Under the pieces are notes generated by a model. It did not search any database. It had not been told where the DNA came from and worked only from the letters and a program-made list of their open reading frames with translations. Positions 38,604 to 53,325 of a DNA stretch of 64,000 nt are shown here, one piece after another. The translations under genes and the position numbers were made by a program. The stretch is from Tubiluchus corallicola (Eukaryota; Animalia; Priapulida): NCBI GenBank assembly GCA_030141605.1, contig JAQGDQ010000165.1, positions 1 to 64,000 of the forward strand, given 5' to 3'. Position 1 is the first letter of the stretch; each line of letters starts with the position of its first letter.

Positions 38604-41600
38604 TGAAAATGATGCCAAAAATTCCTTCGCGATGTTCCCCCTTCAGCATTTTGCTGCATATCAAAATAATTACGTATCAAATGTCAAAGGACGGAGACTG
38701 GATGATTTCAGGATATGACGTAATCTCAGTTAATGGACAGGCGGTATAGTTTAGTTTTCAGATTTTCGTTTGCTGGGTTTTTACCATCATCAGGCAACGG
38801 TGTTTTTTTACGTAAACTCAGTTCATCAAGCCTCAATACCTTTCACTTTCACAAATGTCAATATGGTCTGTTTTGCATTTCGTGAAGTTTTTTTGCGTTA
38901 GAAGATGTCCTACGTGCATTTTTGTGGTTTGGTGATATTTATGCAAAACTTCAGTTACTTGTCTATAAATCAGTGTTATTATCAGTTACTCATGTTTTTA
39001 ATCTATTTCATTCACAATATTTTGGTGATTTGCGTTGCATTTTATCGTCTTGAAATTAATTACGTTCAAATTATATTTTTTATTTTTTTTTGCATTTTTT
39101 GGGGGGATGCGTTTTAGGGGGTGCAGATTAGATAAAATCGATATATCTGATTTTCATTGCACCCATTTATGCTGTCTGCGTATACTTTGTTCTTTTTTTG
39201 CAGCTATTTCTGTTGATTTTTTCCCCACAGGTGGAAAACGCATCCGGATGCTACATAAACGCCACTTTGTCCAGTAAAGTAAAATATCTGTTCACATCAT
39301 GTTATTACGAAAAAAGATCATATCAATGGAAATTCCCACGTTTTTGTTGTTCGTCTTTCATTAGCATTTTCTCTGAAAGTCAGACTGGTTCTCATTCACA
39401 GGGAATTTCCTACAAAAGGATTTTCCCGTAAGATTTCATATTTTGTTGACTTATGGTGTGGCTCTAGTGTGAGGATATTGACCCGTTTCCACCTGGGCTA
39501 ATTCTAATTCCCGATTCAAAAATGTTTTTTTATTCACCTCGGTTAAATAAACTCAAATGTAGGCAAGTGGTGTAGCAGGTGTTGCTGTAGCGCGGCTGCT
39601 GCTGCTGCTGCCGCCGCCGCTGCAGCTACTACTGCCTCTGCTATTCCCGATTCGTAGTCGCATTTACCAATTACCTTTGCTAGGTCGTAGATTTTTTTTT
39701 AGTTTTTCGGTTATTTTGTCTGTAAGGTATGCATTGTCACTAATAGATCGCGGTTGCATTGTTGTGTGATTGCATCAGCTAGTAGTTTAGTGTTGTGAAG
39801 CAGGACCGCATAGCTGCGATATTATGAAAGCTTTTGTTTAATTTGTTAGTGTGTAATAACAGCTGCTGTTTATTTCAAAGCATTAAATTGTGATCTTAAT
39901 GAGTCTTACATGACCGACATTAGAGATATTATAATCGTCGTTTATTGATGCTTTGATGTCTTCGCTTAAGGTTTAATTTCATATGTAATTAAGACTCATA
40001 TTCACTTATGAGGCAAGGGCACTGTTAGTGGGAGTTGCAGTGACTATTTTATTATTTGCGGATCCTATAGGAGAATCCAACGCTGATTTTTTTGCGTTTA
40101 ATTTGTTATGATAGGCATCGATTACAGAGTAGATACCTGGAGTAGATTTCTTGGAGGTGGTGAACGGCCAAAGGGTCAAAAACTGGACATCGGTCAGTTT
40201 TTCGATTGCCATTCAACTCTTCTTAGGGTTTTGAGTTAAATTCGATTTTTTGAGGTATTGCATGGTGGATGTGTAGTGCGTGGGCTTTAAAAAGCTGGGA
40301 TTCTTTAAGGGCCCGATATAGGAGCCAGACGGTATAACAATGAATAACCTTAAAACTATTGTAAATGAAGTCACGAATCTTTCAGGGAAGAAGAAGCTGG
40401 GGGCAGGGGCGTCAGATCATTGTAAAAATGGGATTATTTAAGTTCCAGAGACACGAACTAAAATGCGAAAATTAGGGCGTTCACTTTTAATTCATGTTAA
40501 CTTGCAACGCAGAGGGTTAGACACCCCAGGAGAACACCTAGGGTAGGACCTTGAAAGCATTGTGGTAAATGGTGACCTCACTTGGTATCGGTCAGCTTTT
40601 CGATTGCGGTTCAAATCCTCCTGTTTGTGCTCGAACTGGAATTTTGTTTAAGGTTCGAAGTGAAACCGAGTCAGGAGCCCAAATGTAAAAATTAAGGCAA
40701 ACCGTGAAAATTAAGGCAAACCGCACTGGACCAGGTACAGTCAAGTGATAATAACGAGCATTGTGCACACTGGTTACCCACACTTGAACGTAATTATCTA
40801 CAAGTACTGACATGAGCTAAGCACACCCGACCAGGTACAGCCAGGTGTAAACATGGTCACGGCGTTACGCTCGCGGATTTGGATCTAAATTCGTTCAGTT
40901 TTGTTTTTCTTACTAATTTTTCTATGGTAAATAAACGAACAGTTATTAAAGAAAGTTTGGGACAGAATGTATACAGGTTAAACTAGATTAGACTGGAATT
41001 GATTAGATTGATTATGATTAATTGTTTGATAAAGTATATCTCTTGCTGAGTCAATCTTAATATCAATACGTGTGAAAACAATACTCAATTCTACTCAGTT
41101 TCATTTTATGGACGACTCCAGGATTGGCTACAAACGTAGCAGTGTTTCATAGGTTGTGCTATTTTAATAAACACTTAACTTTGTTTATTTTGGGTACCCG
41201 CACCCAACACTGTACGTGCGAATCACGCACAGGTCAACACAAATTAAAATTGTTTTCAAAATGGCGTAACTACTTCACTAATTCCAGTTTGCACGCCAAT
41301 AGGTTGTTTCGATTACAACACTTAACGAAGACGCAATTGACCTATGATGGAGTGCTACACTTTTCCGTGCTCAACGTTTCACCTTGGAAAGGCAATTTGT
41401 TCAAGATAAAAAATGCGAGTCGAGTACAAATATTTAGTTTTTAAATTAGGCGGATTTGTGAGAAAAAATACAGTGACTGCTGTGCAGTTGTCTGTCCAGG
41501 GAAATAAACGTTTATGGAATAATCATAATTATACGTTTGCTAAATATTATTTGCAATTTTTCACGTGAGGTTTAAAAGATCGCGTTATTTTTTGAAAAAT

Positions 41601-41739
41601 TGTGACTAATAATTTTGAAGTGACATGGTACATTTTTCACAGTTCTTTCTGAACAAGGCCAGTAGCTACCTCTTGCAAGGAGAGAGGGGATAAGGGGTCT
41701 GGCGCATAGAAAGATGGACATATTCAATTCAATTCAAAT

Positions 41740-42210
41740 TTTTATTTCGGTAACTAAAGTCATATAAAATACAGATACAGTACTTATATGAAATAAAATA
41801 CAATATAGACATATACAGGGCTAGTAAACTAAGATCCAAATACATTTTAGAGACTAATTATGTAATAATTCGTTTCATTTCACAAAAAAGCAACAGTTGA
41901 CAAGTTTATGTGGGGAGTTAGTAATAGCAGTTATAATACTATTGCCAGTGTACAGTAGTAACCTATTTCGAACCCTATAATATGATATACGTATATGACT
42001 AAAACGGAGTAGAGATGGGTTTACACACATGCTGTAAGCACTACAGTCGTACTTTAAGCAAAACAGTTTTCTGATACCATTGTTGTATGCAATACGCAGT
42101 CTATTTATCACACCATTACTATAATTAGTCCATAAAGAGATACAGTATAGTGTAACTCTTAAACAGTATGATTTTAACACCATCTGAACACAGGAAACTT
42201 TCTTAGTAAA
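41740..42210 (-). mobile_element. LINE ORF2 3' fragment with (TTGAA)n-type tail
   Basis: ORF 41875..42183 contains LYCISLW...RLRIAYNNGIRKL, typical of the post-RT region. AATAAA and a TGAAT repeat lie downstream on the - strand. Confidence 0.6.
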
Positions 42211-42710
42211 GAGTTAATCTGTATATACAAAGACTAGTGAGGACAGGTAAATCGAATACATTCCAAGAGAAAGTAGAATGTTTGTAATTAATATGCTAGC
42301 GATAGGAAACTGTTATGTAACAGCTAAACAATTTCCTGGCAAGGAAAGCTACAGATAAGCAGCCCGAGGAAAAACACTGGATTTATAAGCCAGTCGTTCG
42401 GGAACGTATAGGGTAAAAATATTAGTGAAATGAGTTTACAAGCGAGCAGCAACCAGTGTCGAGAATTTCTAAAAGTCAGTGGCGGTGGCTGATTATTATA
42501 AAGGGTTCTCTGGAGCACAACAGGAATTTCGTCCATTATTAACTATAATCCTTTAAGATAAGATGGCAGGGGGGGGTCTTTATCCACGTATAGATGAGTA
42601 AACGTACTCTTATGACGAAAAAAAGCCAGTGGTATATGATAGATTATAGTCAATCAACAGTACAGATGGTTTGGCAGTTTTTCTGGCGGTAATCTACCCA
42701 GTTACTGACG

Positions 42711-42822
42711 AGGGGCCGGTTCCGAAAAGCCGCCACTAAGTTAACGACGTCGTTATTACATTCACTTAACGATTAATAACGACGTTCGTTAATTTAGTGA
42801 CGACTGTGTGAAACCGGGCCCT
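42711..42822. mobile_element. About 110-bp hairpin MITE
   Basis: AGGGGCCGGTT..CACTAAGTTAACGACGTCGTTATT / AATAACGACGTTCGTTAATTTAGTG..AAACCGGGCCCT. Confidence 0.7.
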
Positions 42823-43043
42823 GGTTCGGCGTTGCGTCAGTCGCTAAGAGCACACATTAACCAGTCAGCTAATCAACGCTGTTTGTTTAGTTCGTATTGA
42901 TATAAAATTCCGCAGTTAAGGATGATTGAAACAAAGCCTGGTCGTGTTGATTTGGGTAATAAAGCGTTTTGTTGTTTTAACTATAGGCTCCAGCGAGAGT
43001 GCGAATTCCAGGGATTCCCTTTAATATTCTCCCACGTCGACGA

Positions 43044-43200
43044 GGGGCATAGCTCAATGGTAGCGTGCTCGCTTTTCATGAGGAAGGTCGGGGGTTCAAT
43101 TCCCGACCGAATCACATCAAAGATTAAAAACAATACCGCTGGTTCTTCGACCAAGCAGGCGGGTTCATCGAAATAACAAGTGGATAATAAATAAAGTATA
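43044..43200 (+). mobile_element. tRNA-derived SINE
   Basis: A box TAGCTCAATGG and B box GGTTCAATTCCC. No acceptor-stem pairing. Continues into a CCGAATCACATCAAAGATTAAAAA core related to the 53.1 and 58.3 kb copies. Confidence 0.75.
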
Positions 43201-46200
43201 CAGATAAATAAAAATTAACTAAAACAAATTTCATTATTTAGCTATCATTAGCAGGCGTTAAATATCACTACCTATCAGCTTACATGATAAAGCATCTCAG
43301 CTTCACTAAGGGTTTCAAATTTCCCCAACCCCAGCACAGCATCGTACGAACTAGAGCTGAGACTGAAATCTGAGCCTGTTAACTTATTCAGTTGCCGGGC
43401 AACCACGTATCAGTCTCTCATTTGTACGGTATCACAGACTCTCTTGACCGTCGAAAATCTAATACATGCGTAATATCACGTATCGTAAATACGCCTGGTC
43501 ATGTAGAATAATTGAGCGTGCATTGTGTGCATGCACGCACTCACACACATAGTACACAGCCGAATGATTTGTTAATTAAGAACTACCGGCGCAATTGTAG
43601 CTTACGAATCAAATCTTTACACTGTCATTATCGGCACCGGTTTGTTGCAAACATAAAAATTCACTAATAACTAATACAAATTCCTCCAGCTAGGATGTTG
43701 AATAAGATAAAATTGGACTCGTATTCATCATTCGCACACTCGTTTAAAAATAGTTTGGTTTTTATTAATTATTGACATTGCCTACCCTAATAAGCCTTTT
43801 CACAATTCTAGCGATTAATGATGATCATGAAAAGTTCAAAGGTTAAGTGAACCAGACAACACATTTATGTACACTTGACAACGCCTCGCAGCCCTTGCTG
43901 TTGTAATAGTAACAGTTTTAACAGGCTGCTAGAACCTTACCTAGTTCATTTTTTCTTGTTCCCAAGTAAGATCCTGCTAGTAAATCACTCTATGCACAGA
44001 CTAATGCATAGTTAAGTCCACATAAAGCAACTGAAGTTACTGAACTGATGCGGCAGACGGCTTTGCTTTCCCACATGTCACGTGACGGTTGTAGTTAAAA
44101 CGCGTTGCTGTGATGCACTTAACCTTTGACCTATAGCAACCGCACAACGCATTTGGAGTGAAGACTTATTAAATCACTTCTCGAGTAAGCTGGTCTGGTC
44201 TGCAACGCAATTTCAATGCACTTCAGTTTAACCATTCTAACTGAATCTAAATTAGATAAAACATAGCTTAAGTATCGCTAACACACCTTTATCTAACTTA
44301 AGCTTACCTAATTTGCACCATTCTAGTCTAATTTAATTGAAATGAAATTAGTTGTCTTGAATTTGAACAGAAACCAGTTCAATTAACATATTTCGAATCG
44401 ATTGCAGTCTTGGTTTATTTGTAGCCAATCGATTCAATTGCGACATACTTGTACGAAAAATAGTAGTTTAAACACTTAACTATTTTCAACTGTTGTGTAA
44501 ATGAAAATAACGTACAATTTTCCAAAGAAAAACACTTTCCAAATCACATTAAAATAAAAATCACGTTTATTTCCAAACTCTTTCAAATTTAATATTTCAA
44601 ATCAATTATTTACAAAGTGCAAATGAAGCTCATAGTTATATAGTCGTTAATATTCGTCATTATAAGTCATCAAGCATACTTTCTGCTGCACAGTAATCAC
44701 ATTCTAACTACACTGAGAACTCACAATCAATTACTGATTTCCTTTAAAAAATCATCCACATCAAACGTTGCTATTATAAACCGAAAAACATCACCGGTTA
44801 CAAAATACAGATTTATATCATACAAAATATTTCCCCAAATAAAGCAAAACTTCTCTGGTGAAGAAATGACGTTTTTATATAGGTCGTGCAGGTTACGATG
44901 TTCTCGCGATAAACGCTGTCACATAGTTACATATACTAAAATATCACTTACATTTTATCAAACCCCATATATTTTAACCAAACTGTTTACAGTGGTATTT
45001 AAAAATTCCCAAAGACAACTCATAAAAACAAACGCATATAAACAAAACTATTGCAAACTTTACATGTGTATTTTACGCGTTGGCAATAATAATGTCGACG
45101 GAAGTTTCGAGACACAGTTCCAAAGGACATATAAAAAATTAAAATTCAAAACTGGTTTAAGACTAAGGTCAATCAATATGCACAAATGTGTTCAAGAATT
45201 TCCTCTGATGCCAAGTCAAAACACCGGCGCTGAATAAAAATGAGAAAATACGGCTGATAATAATTGCTTCCGATACCGGGCGGCGCAAAAATCCGCACTC
45301 CAAGAACTTTTCAACACCTATTTACTTTGTGATTGACGAGTTTTAAATCCGCCTCTTGAAGAGAAATTTTTCGTGTGACCTTTGACATAGACGCATACAA
45401 AGCGACGGCATACTTCTGCTGCGGTTTTCCTGATTTAACGGCATCACCTCAAGGTTATGAATTAATTTCTGTTAAAACGAGCGAGAACTGGTCAAAATGA
45501 AACAGCCGTTAACTACACAGGTGAAGAAATAACCAAGCTGCAGCACGCAGTGATTACGCCCTTTTCTCAGTATGCTGTATAGAAGTTTCAAAGTTTCTAC
45601 AGCAGTTTCAAAGTTTCTAACTAACTCGTATAAATACAAGAATGTCTGTGGGTCAGATAATACAAAAAATAAAAAATTGTAAATTACGATGAACACTTTG
45701 TGCCATTTGCGATCGTTTGATTGTTTTCAACTTCTATGGATTGTGTGTAAATGTAGTCCAGGGATTTGAAACAGTTTGGACTTATATCTTACAGATTTTT
45801 ATGTAAGATATATAACTATGTTTGTAATCAATTATTTTTTCAACTTAACTGGTAGGTGGGAGAGATTTACAACAGCAGTGAATATTCAACGTAGCTACAA
45901 AAATATAATAAAGCAATATTATCACTAACAAGTAATTAGACGGTTTAAAACCGTACAGGTGTTAAAATTTGACCAGGTGTTGGAGTGAAATAAAAATTAA
46001 ACGAGAGCAACATGTCGAAGTGGAGGCAGTAATATAAGAGGTTAAATAGCAGAAAATATATTTTATTACAAGTCGGTCGTCTTTCAAATAATTTTAAGCG
46101 GATACATTAGAGTATATTAGAGTATAGGTAGTCAGGGCGTAACCGTGTAATATATGATTACTGACACGTTAGAATTTTTCATGCTAGAAGCAATGGACTG

Positions 46201-46340
46201 ACAGCATTAAGGACAGTAACTTACTGTGGGCGAAAAACGCATTCCGTAAATTCCAGATATATAGGGATTGAGTAATACTACACATGAATAGATCTAATAA
46301 CAAAAGTTTTCCCTAGGAAACTGATTTCAAACTTATCAAA

Positions 46341-46643
46341 AGCTATCGCCAGTAAGTACTACAAACAGTACTTATTGTAATCTGGAGCAAATTTAACATT
46401 AAGTCAATTGAAAACTTAAAGTTTTACGGTACATTAGGCATATATTTTTTGTTTTAAAATCTAAGTACAGCATGACGTTAAATAAAACAACTAAGAACTT
46501 TTTTAAGATTATAAAGATAGTATATAAATAAAGCTATCGCCAGTAAGTACTACAAACAGTACTTATTGTAATCTGGAGCAAATTTAACATTAAGTCAATT
46601 GAAAACTTAAAGTTTTACGGTACAGTAGGCATATATTTTTTGT
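46341..46643. repeat. About 110-bp direct duplication (46341-46452 and 46532-46643)
   Basis: AGCTATCGCCAGTAAGTACT...TAGGCATATATTTTTTGT occurs twice, nearly identical. Confidence 0.9.
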
Positions 46644-47336
46644 CAGATCAACTTAAATTAGAAACCAGAACTGTTAACTTAAACATAAAATTTCATTAAA
46701 CTTGGTGAAATTAATCCCAACAAGCTGAGCCACACAAAGCGTGGGTCCAGCATACAAACAGTGCAATGATGTAGAACAAGTTTTGCCTTTTCAAAACCCC
46801 ACTACTACTGGTAATAGTTGACGGTACACAATAACTACAATGTTTTCAAGACCTTGTACAATAAAAACAAACTTTGCGCCCACCAGAGAGCAACCGTGTA
46901 GTCAACGTCGTACTGTATTAACAATCAAAGACAAAAGTTTCAAATTTATAAAAAAAGGAGAGGTAAAAATAGTTTTTAAAAATGTCTCAGTAACCTATCG
47001 TCACACGAGTCGTGGCCTTGTCAACTCAAACCTACAGTACCTTAGCAGGCTTAGCTTGTTGCTACAAATTTGCGTAGCTCCAGGCACAAGTTATACACCG
47101 AGTTGCACGTGTATATAAAGGCCTCCAAAAGGCGTATAGACGACCTTTAAAAAACTATAAAAAAAACTTGTAAAACGTTCAGGGCTTGAAACACAATTAC
47201 TTCAAGCATTTCGTTTCTAAAATTATACAAAAGTTTCCCGTAAAATTAACAGCATTCGATTTCAGTTAGTGCAAAACTGTGCAGTGAAGTAATTAAATAT
47301 AAAATTAGGCCTATTAAACTTTACAACAACATACTG

Positions 47337-48299
47337 TTAACTAACGCTTATGACAGTTCTGAATGGACCCACTGGCTGATTTTTGTGCTCATCTTCAGTT
47401 TTCCTGACTTCCCTGTTGGAATTTTCCGGATAGTCACCTGCCAGGTCCTGAACGAATCCCGAATCGTGGGAATGATGTGATTTTCCCGATTCCCGTCGCG
47501 TTCTTTGCATTTGGACGGGTAATTGATAATATTCGGGTGAAGAGGCTCGATCAGAGCTGATGTTACTGCTGCTACGTGACGACAGCGACATTAAATCACC
47601 TTCGTTGAGTCCTAAGCTATCTTTGCTAGCGAAAAACTTAAATTTTTCCAAGGCGCCCTGCACCCTGTTGTTTTCAGTATGCAGCAGACATGCATCTGAT
47701 TTTGACATCTCTTTTTGTCTCTTACACAAATCTTCCTTTTCATTTTCAGTGCCACTGTTTGCTGAATATGCATCGCATAATTCTGGTCTACTAAAGGGCG
47801 TAAATAAGTATGTACAGTCTTCCAAACCAAATTTAGAAGTATCTTTGGGCGGCTGTTTGATCACCTCGTGGTCGTTGAGGACGAACTCTGCCTTCGTTTG
47901 CACGCATTTCGTCCCAATTTTTTTCGGATATTTCATAAAACTTTCTACGCAGTACGAAATGCCACCCTCTTCACAGGGGGCTACGAATGAAGCTGGAATG
48001 TTCTTCGGCAGACGATATTTGAAGAAAAACGTGTGATTCCCTGGCGTGAATAGAGCCGCCCCCACTTGTTTTTTGTCGAAAACAGCGATGGTATCTCGAA
48101 ATTTAAAGAATTCCTGGCTGTAACTTTTGTTATCAGCTTGTTTAACACATACAATACCTTTCCCGTGTATGCTTACGTTTATACATTTCGCCACTATTGG
48201 TTCACCTATAATAACACACACTCCTCCTTTTAGAAGTTCTCCTGCCGAAAATTCGGATTTTTCTAACCGCAATTTAAACTCTTTCAGTCCTTTCATCAT
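47337..48299 (-). CDS. Intronless arrestin-N-domain protein 2 (alpha-arrestin/ARRDC-like), 320 aa
   Basis: Long uninterrupted ORF with FSAGELLKGGV, FTPGNHTFFFKYRLPKNIPASF and GGISY. Colinear paralog of 31816-32751. Confidence 0.85.
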   Translation of the reverse strand: MMKGLKEFKLRLEKSEFSAGELLKGGVCVIIGEPIVAKCINVSIHGKGIVCVKQADNKSYSQEFFKFRDTIAVFDKKQVGAALFTPGNHTFFFKYRLPKNIPASFVAPCEEGGISYCVESFMKYPKKIGTKCVQTKAEFVLNDHEVIKQPPKDTSKFGLEDCTYLFTPFSRPELCDAYSANSGTENEKEDLCKRQKEMSKSDACLLHTENNRVQGALEKFKFFASKDSLGLNEGDLMSLSSRSSSNISSDRASSPEYYQLPVQMQRTRRESGKSHHSHDSGFVQDLAGDYPENSNREVRKTEDEHKNQPVGPFRTVISVS

Positions 48300-48540
48300 C
48301 GGTAGGAATTCTACATCTAACTGTTAGTAAATATACGAGAAAACGACGAGTTTGCTTTCTCGCTAAGTAGCATCAAGCACTTGTTCAAAAAACTTCATTT
48401 GATCATCGATGCGTGTACGCTGCATTTTCCAAGCAAACAACTCATCACCTACCACCGAACTGACTCATCTGATGGATCATCTGACTTCTGAATAAGTTGC
48501 GCCGGGTGCATTTAACGGCACTAAACTTATCCGCGCCGCC

Positions 48541-48580
48541 ATTGGGCAGCAGCAATGACGTCACTACTGGCTGAGCCAAT
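48541..48580. promoter_or_regulatory. CRE and CCAAT boxes upstream of arrestin-N gene 2
   Basis: TGACGTCA at 48556, flanked by ATTGG (48541) and CCAAT (48576). Confidence 0.45.
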
Positions 48581-51500
48581 ACATACTGTGCTACAACCAG
48601 ACAGGCTGTTCCACTTATCGGGGGTTTTGCATTTTTTATATATTTATTTACACCAAATAGCAAAATACAGTCTATAATAAAAACAATATACATAAAACAC
48701 GTTGGCAAAAAACATACAAATACGATATTTACAAGAGTGTGTTAAAGACACAAAGAGATTAACTGCTTACATATGTCTATTATGTACAAAAAATTTTATA
48801 TAAGTTAACCGTATAGAAGCGACTTTTAAATAACTTAATATTTTGTGCATTTACGATGGGTGCACCATCAACATGTGCAGGCAGTGAATTCTAAATCGGT
48901 GCAACTCGATTTGAGAAAAAAATTGACTAACTGATACTTTAGCAATTCGAGCTTCAGAGAATGATTCTATTGCAAGATACACGAGTAAAATATTTGTCAA
49001 AATCAAAATCAGCCTCATCTATTGTTTGATTTGCCCACGCAGTGACTCGTTCACGTATTTTAGTATAAACGAGTAACGTCAGCATTTTACCATAACTTAT
49101 TAAGTCATCGCGTGCACACCCGAAGCGTGTTTTGGGCATTAACCCTTTCAATACGGCTTAAATACATTTCTATTTCAGCAGGTACATTCCTAAACCGATT
49201 CCAGCACGCAGGTGTGTCTCACCAATTGTTGCAAAGCGAAGTAGTAAAGACGCAGACGTGATATCACACATGTAAGCTTTTCATGCACGAAAACCGTGAA
49301 TGTTAAAATAAATATTAACTTATTACCTGCGTAATTTCACGACTTATTAGATTTTGATGTTTGATGTTATCGCGCGCCATCTATTGGCAGTTTCGAAGAC
49401 ACTTTAGTTGTTGTTGTTGTTGCTGCTGTTTTCTTCTAAGAAGCTTTCCGTTGGTCAGAGTTTTACATGAAGCCAAGTAACACACAAACAGGAAGCCAAG
49501 GAAGCTGGAGGAAAGTAAACAACACAAAAACAGCATCCGTTGCAAACAGATGTGGATGCAGTGTTTCCTTTCAAAAGGCCAAGTAAAAAGCAAATTGTTG
49601 TGCACTCAGAATTTCTCTTACAAACATCTTCGTTTCTATGATTTGAGTAGGAAATTAGTAACTCAAAGTGTTAAATATTGGAACTTTAAATTGTTCAGAA
49701 CAAAGCAAAAGTAATGCTGTCCTTTGTGAGTCTGCGACAAGGCCTGATTTATCAATGTGCCAAGTAGGTCACTGGCCTAGGACTCACGGGTTCCGGCGGC
49801 CCGCTGAAACTAATTTGTGGTGCAGCGTGTCAGCGTATAACCTTGTTTCAAGTGTAAACCGGGTATTTCATTATAATTACAATATGATCAAAACCATAAA
49901 GGTCCTCTAAGATAAGTATAGGCCTAAATTTGGGGTCACACTTATGAGTTGGGCACACAAGTAGGAATACCCGGCCCTTGTCTACGAGGAAATGTAGAAT
50001 TTGAAATTGGATTTACATTCTATATAAAACACTAGTTAAAAAGTACAAAATAAAAGAAGTACCACCATACAAAAATTAGAAAAACACAATACTACATACA
50101 GCACGTACAGACATCCCTCCCAAATTTCATTCGCATCTACGTTACGTACAACAAAGTATCAATAATTTATTATACTGCATTGTGTTGTGTTGTGCTGTGC
50201 TGTGCTGTGCTGTGCTGTGCCATATATATTGCGTTGTATCGTACCGTATCATATCGTACCGTATCGTATCGTGCTGTGCTTGATTGTGTTGTATTGTTGT
50301 TTATCATAATGATTATAGAGAATTATTTGCATCTACGTGAGCAAAACTATGCCTATTTTGTATATGAGCTACATCATTGAAAATTTCAGTAGAGCAAGAA
50401 AATGAACTAAATTTTGTAGGTCAATTGATCATTTAGATCTTTAGTATAATGTCCATAATAGAATTTTTTTTACAATTTTTACAAAAGCTTCAATGAAAGA
50501 TTTCCTTTTTAGCATGTAAATATTGGAAATAGCGCCATCTGCCAGTTCTCTCCAGAAGTTTAGTTTCTTTTCTTGGTTAACAAAATCACAGCGTAGTAAT
50601 GAACGTTTAAATGTTTGTTGCTCCAACATGCCAAAGACACAAATTATTTACACTATTCAATCCTAGACAAAATGTGACGAATGTGTTTCAGTAGGTGTGC
50701 CATCCTCGTTCCATGCTTCTGATCTCAAACACACTCGGTGTTGATAGATGCACGACTTGTGGTCTTCTGTTGGCTGTTGCCTGGCAATCTTAAGGGCCCA
50801 TAAGGTTGGAGGGCCTCAAGCTTTCGTAAAATTTGGTAAAAAATCACGAGCTAATTTGGTTTGCAATAAATAGTAAAAGAGCGGCATTTCTTAAAGAACA
50901 TTCTTATTGACAAACAAAAGATGGCTATTCTAGTTTACTTAAAGAACCAGCAATAAATTTGCTTCAAGAGGTCTAAATGACGCTAAAATATATCACAAGT
51001 AAAAAATATTCAAGTTAAGAGGGTGGCTCCGTCTGAGAGAGGCCCCATAATTTCATTAGCCTAGCCCAACAGCTTATAAACGATTGTGACTCATAATCGG
51101 ACCCTGCGTATGACACAAATTTAATGGCGACCTGGTTGCGTTTTTCTCATCCAAAACCTTTAGCACCATCAGGTAGTGCAAAAACCTCGAGGCTTGTACA
51201 CTAAATACAGAGTTATTTATTGATTTACAGACGTCTCGTGTGTCGAAGACGCTAGGTTCTCGGAAAAATAATTGGTTCTTTTTTATTTGTGTGTCTGAAA
51301 GGATAGGTAGAGCTGGAAGCTGGAATAATGACTTTGTCATTCACTAAAAGTTTGTAGGTCGAAATAGGCTCAGTTAAATGTGAAATGTTGAATCTGTAAG
51401 TTTGTCGATTACTTGTATGCTAAAAACTGCAAATTGAGAAAAAGAATCAAGATTAAATTGTTATTATTTACATGACTAATATTTAGTTTTGCAGTACATT

Positions 51501-53084
51501 ACAAACGATTATATATTAGTTTGCAATACATTACAAACGATTACAATACAAACATACAATGATGATGATGATTAAGCTACATAATGCGGTGTTAGTAAAT
51601 TTCTCATTTACGTACTTAAATCACAAACTTAATTGAGGAATGCCTAGGCACCTAAATTCTAAAAATCTGTTTAACATTATATTAACGTTAAGTTTCTAAC
51701 ACATATTAGTACGCAAAAAACACATGACATTGATCAAATGATAGTGAAGCAAAAATTGGTCATGCACCCAACACGAAATCTAGTAAGTGTATGACAAGTA
51801 ATTAAGGCTAGAACAAGTTTTTATAACCAACGTATTCAAAACTACAGCTTAACAAGTTATGTAAACGCTAATTCAAACTGATTCGTACAGTACATTCAGG
51901 TTTGCTCCTGCTGTAGTGTTCAAACTAGAGACGTGCACTGATGCGTCGTAAAAGAAGAAGAAATTTAGACAATCTCTGTTCAATACCGACATCTTGTATG
52001 ACTTGTTAAATTTTACTGCACAAGTTCTTAAAAAATGCCAATACAATAAACTTTAAATTGAATTTTTTTATCACTTTAAATTACTATTTTGTTCTGCTAA
52101 ATAAAATAGACGCTGTATAATAAACACCCGAACTATGGCTTTTCTTTTTCCTGTACAACTATAATAAGACATTAAGCTTAACCCCCCCCCGACCCCGACC
52201 CCCACCCCGTTCACCACCCCTTTATTGGCCAGTCGGCTATTATCCATAGGCGTACGGGAGGAAATCTCACAAGGAGGGCAGAAAGAATTTGTGAAAGCCG
52301 TGTACATATATACTTGTATAGAATATAGACTGACAAAAGTGTCTAAACGAAACATTTATAGGGCTACTCAGGGCAAGATTTAGATGAAGAGAGGCACTCA
52401 ACTTGTGTATGCATCGCCAAGATGGGAGTGTTTTTTAAACAAAGCTTACAGCCGAGGGTAATGACAGATGTTTAATGAAGTTATGCAATTTGCAACTCTT
52501 TCTAATCGGAATTCCTATTCCAAATGATGCAACGGCATTGTTAAATACTGCAGTGAATGCAGACATGTGTAAATTTAATGTTAAAATAAAGACTGTGAAC
52601 ATTTTTTTGCAAAACTGAACTTTACAAATATTTTCATTTTTCAAGCAGAAATTAGCAGAATTTTTTTAAAAAATGAAACTGTAAGTTTACTTTTGCATTC
52701 TTTAAAGCCCCTGAGCTTACAAATTTTATTCTTGTGCATTTTAAGCATTCTTTTGTATTTAATATTAAATTTGGAAATTTTATATACAATTATTTGTCCT
52801 AGAAAAGAATAGTTTTGCCCTGAAAAAGTAAAATTCATTTACCTTCGGAGGGCAACCGCCCCTTAACCCCGTCTGTTTTGCTTTCCATGAATCAACTCAA
52901 CATCGAAGAAGCCATTCGAAGGTACATTCCTCACGTGATTGGATTTCATACAAAAAGACCTCAATGGAACATCTCTAATTGTGAAAGATCTTTCATTGCA
53001 GAGAGTAGCAAAAGAACATACCGATTGACGAGAGAAGCGGGACGGTGTAATATTATTGGACGATTGATACACGTCACGTGATCA

Positions 53085-53325
53085 TAAATAATAATCTTTA
53101 TTTAAAGTAGGTTTTTAGATAAACGATTAACATAAGCTCAAAGAGCTTTCAACCGACTGTAAATGATAATTCTACGACTACATAACAGAGACTCTTATTA
53201 CCCCACTTTTGCACTAAATACCGTGCGCCAGGCAGGGCAACAACAGGTACCATTTTTAAAGTCTTTGGTATGACTCGGCTGCAGCATCGAACTCACGACC
53301 TTCCGGACGGAAAGCGGACGGCAGA
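53085..53325 (-). mobile_element. tRNA-derived SINE
   Basis: Minus strand has B box GAGTTCGATGC, core GTCATACCAAAGACTTTAAAAATGGTACC and a (TTA)n tail. Homologous to 58262-58505. Confidence 0.8.

Noticed and set aside
43044-43115. tRNA gene
   Set aside because: A and B boxes are present, but the acceptor stem does not pair and it runs into a SINE core.
47560-48327. + strand ORFs overlapping arrestin gene 2 (and similar ones over gene 1)
   Set aside because: Antisense shadows of the real CDS.
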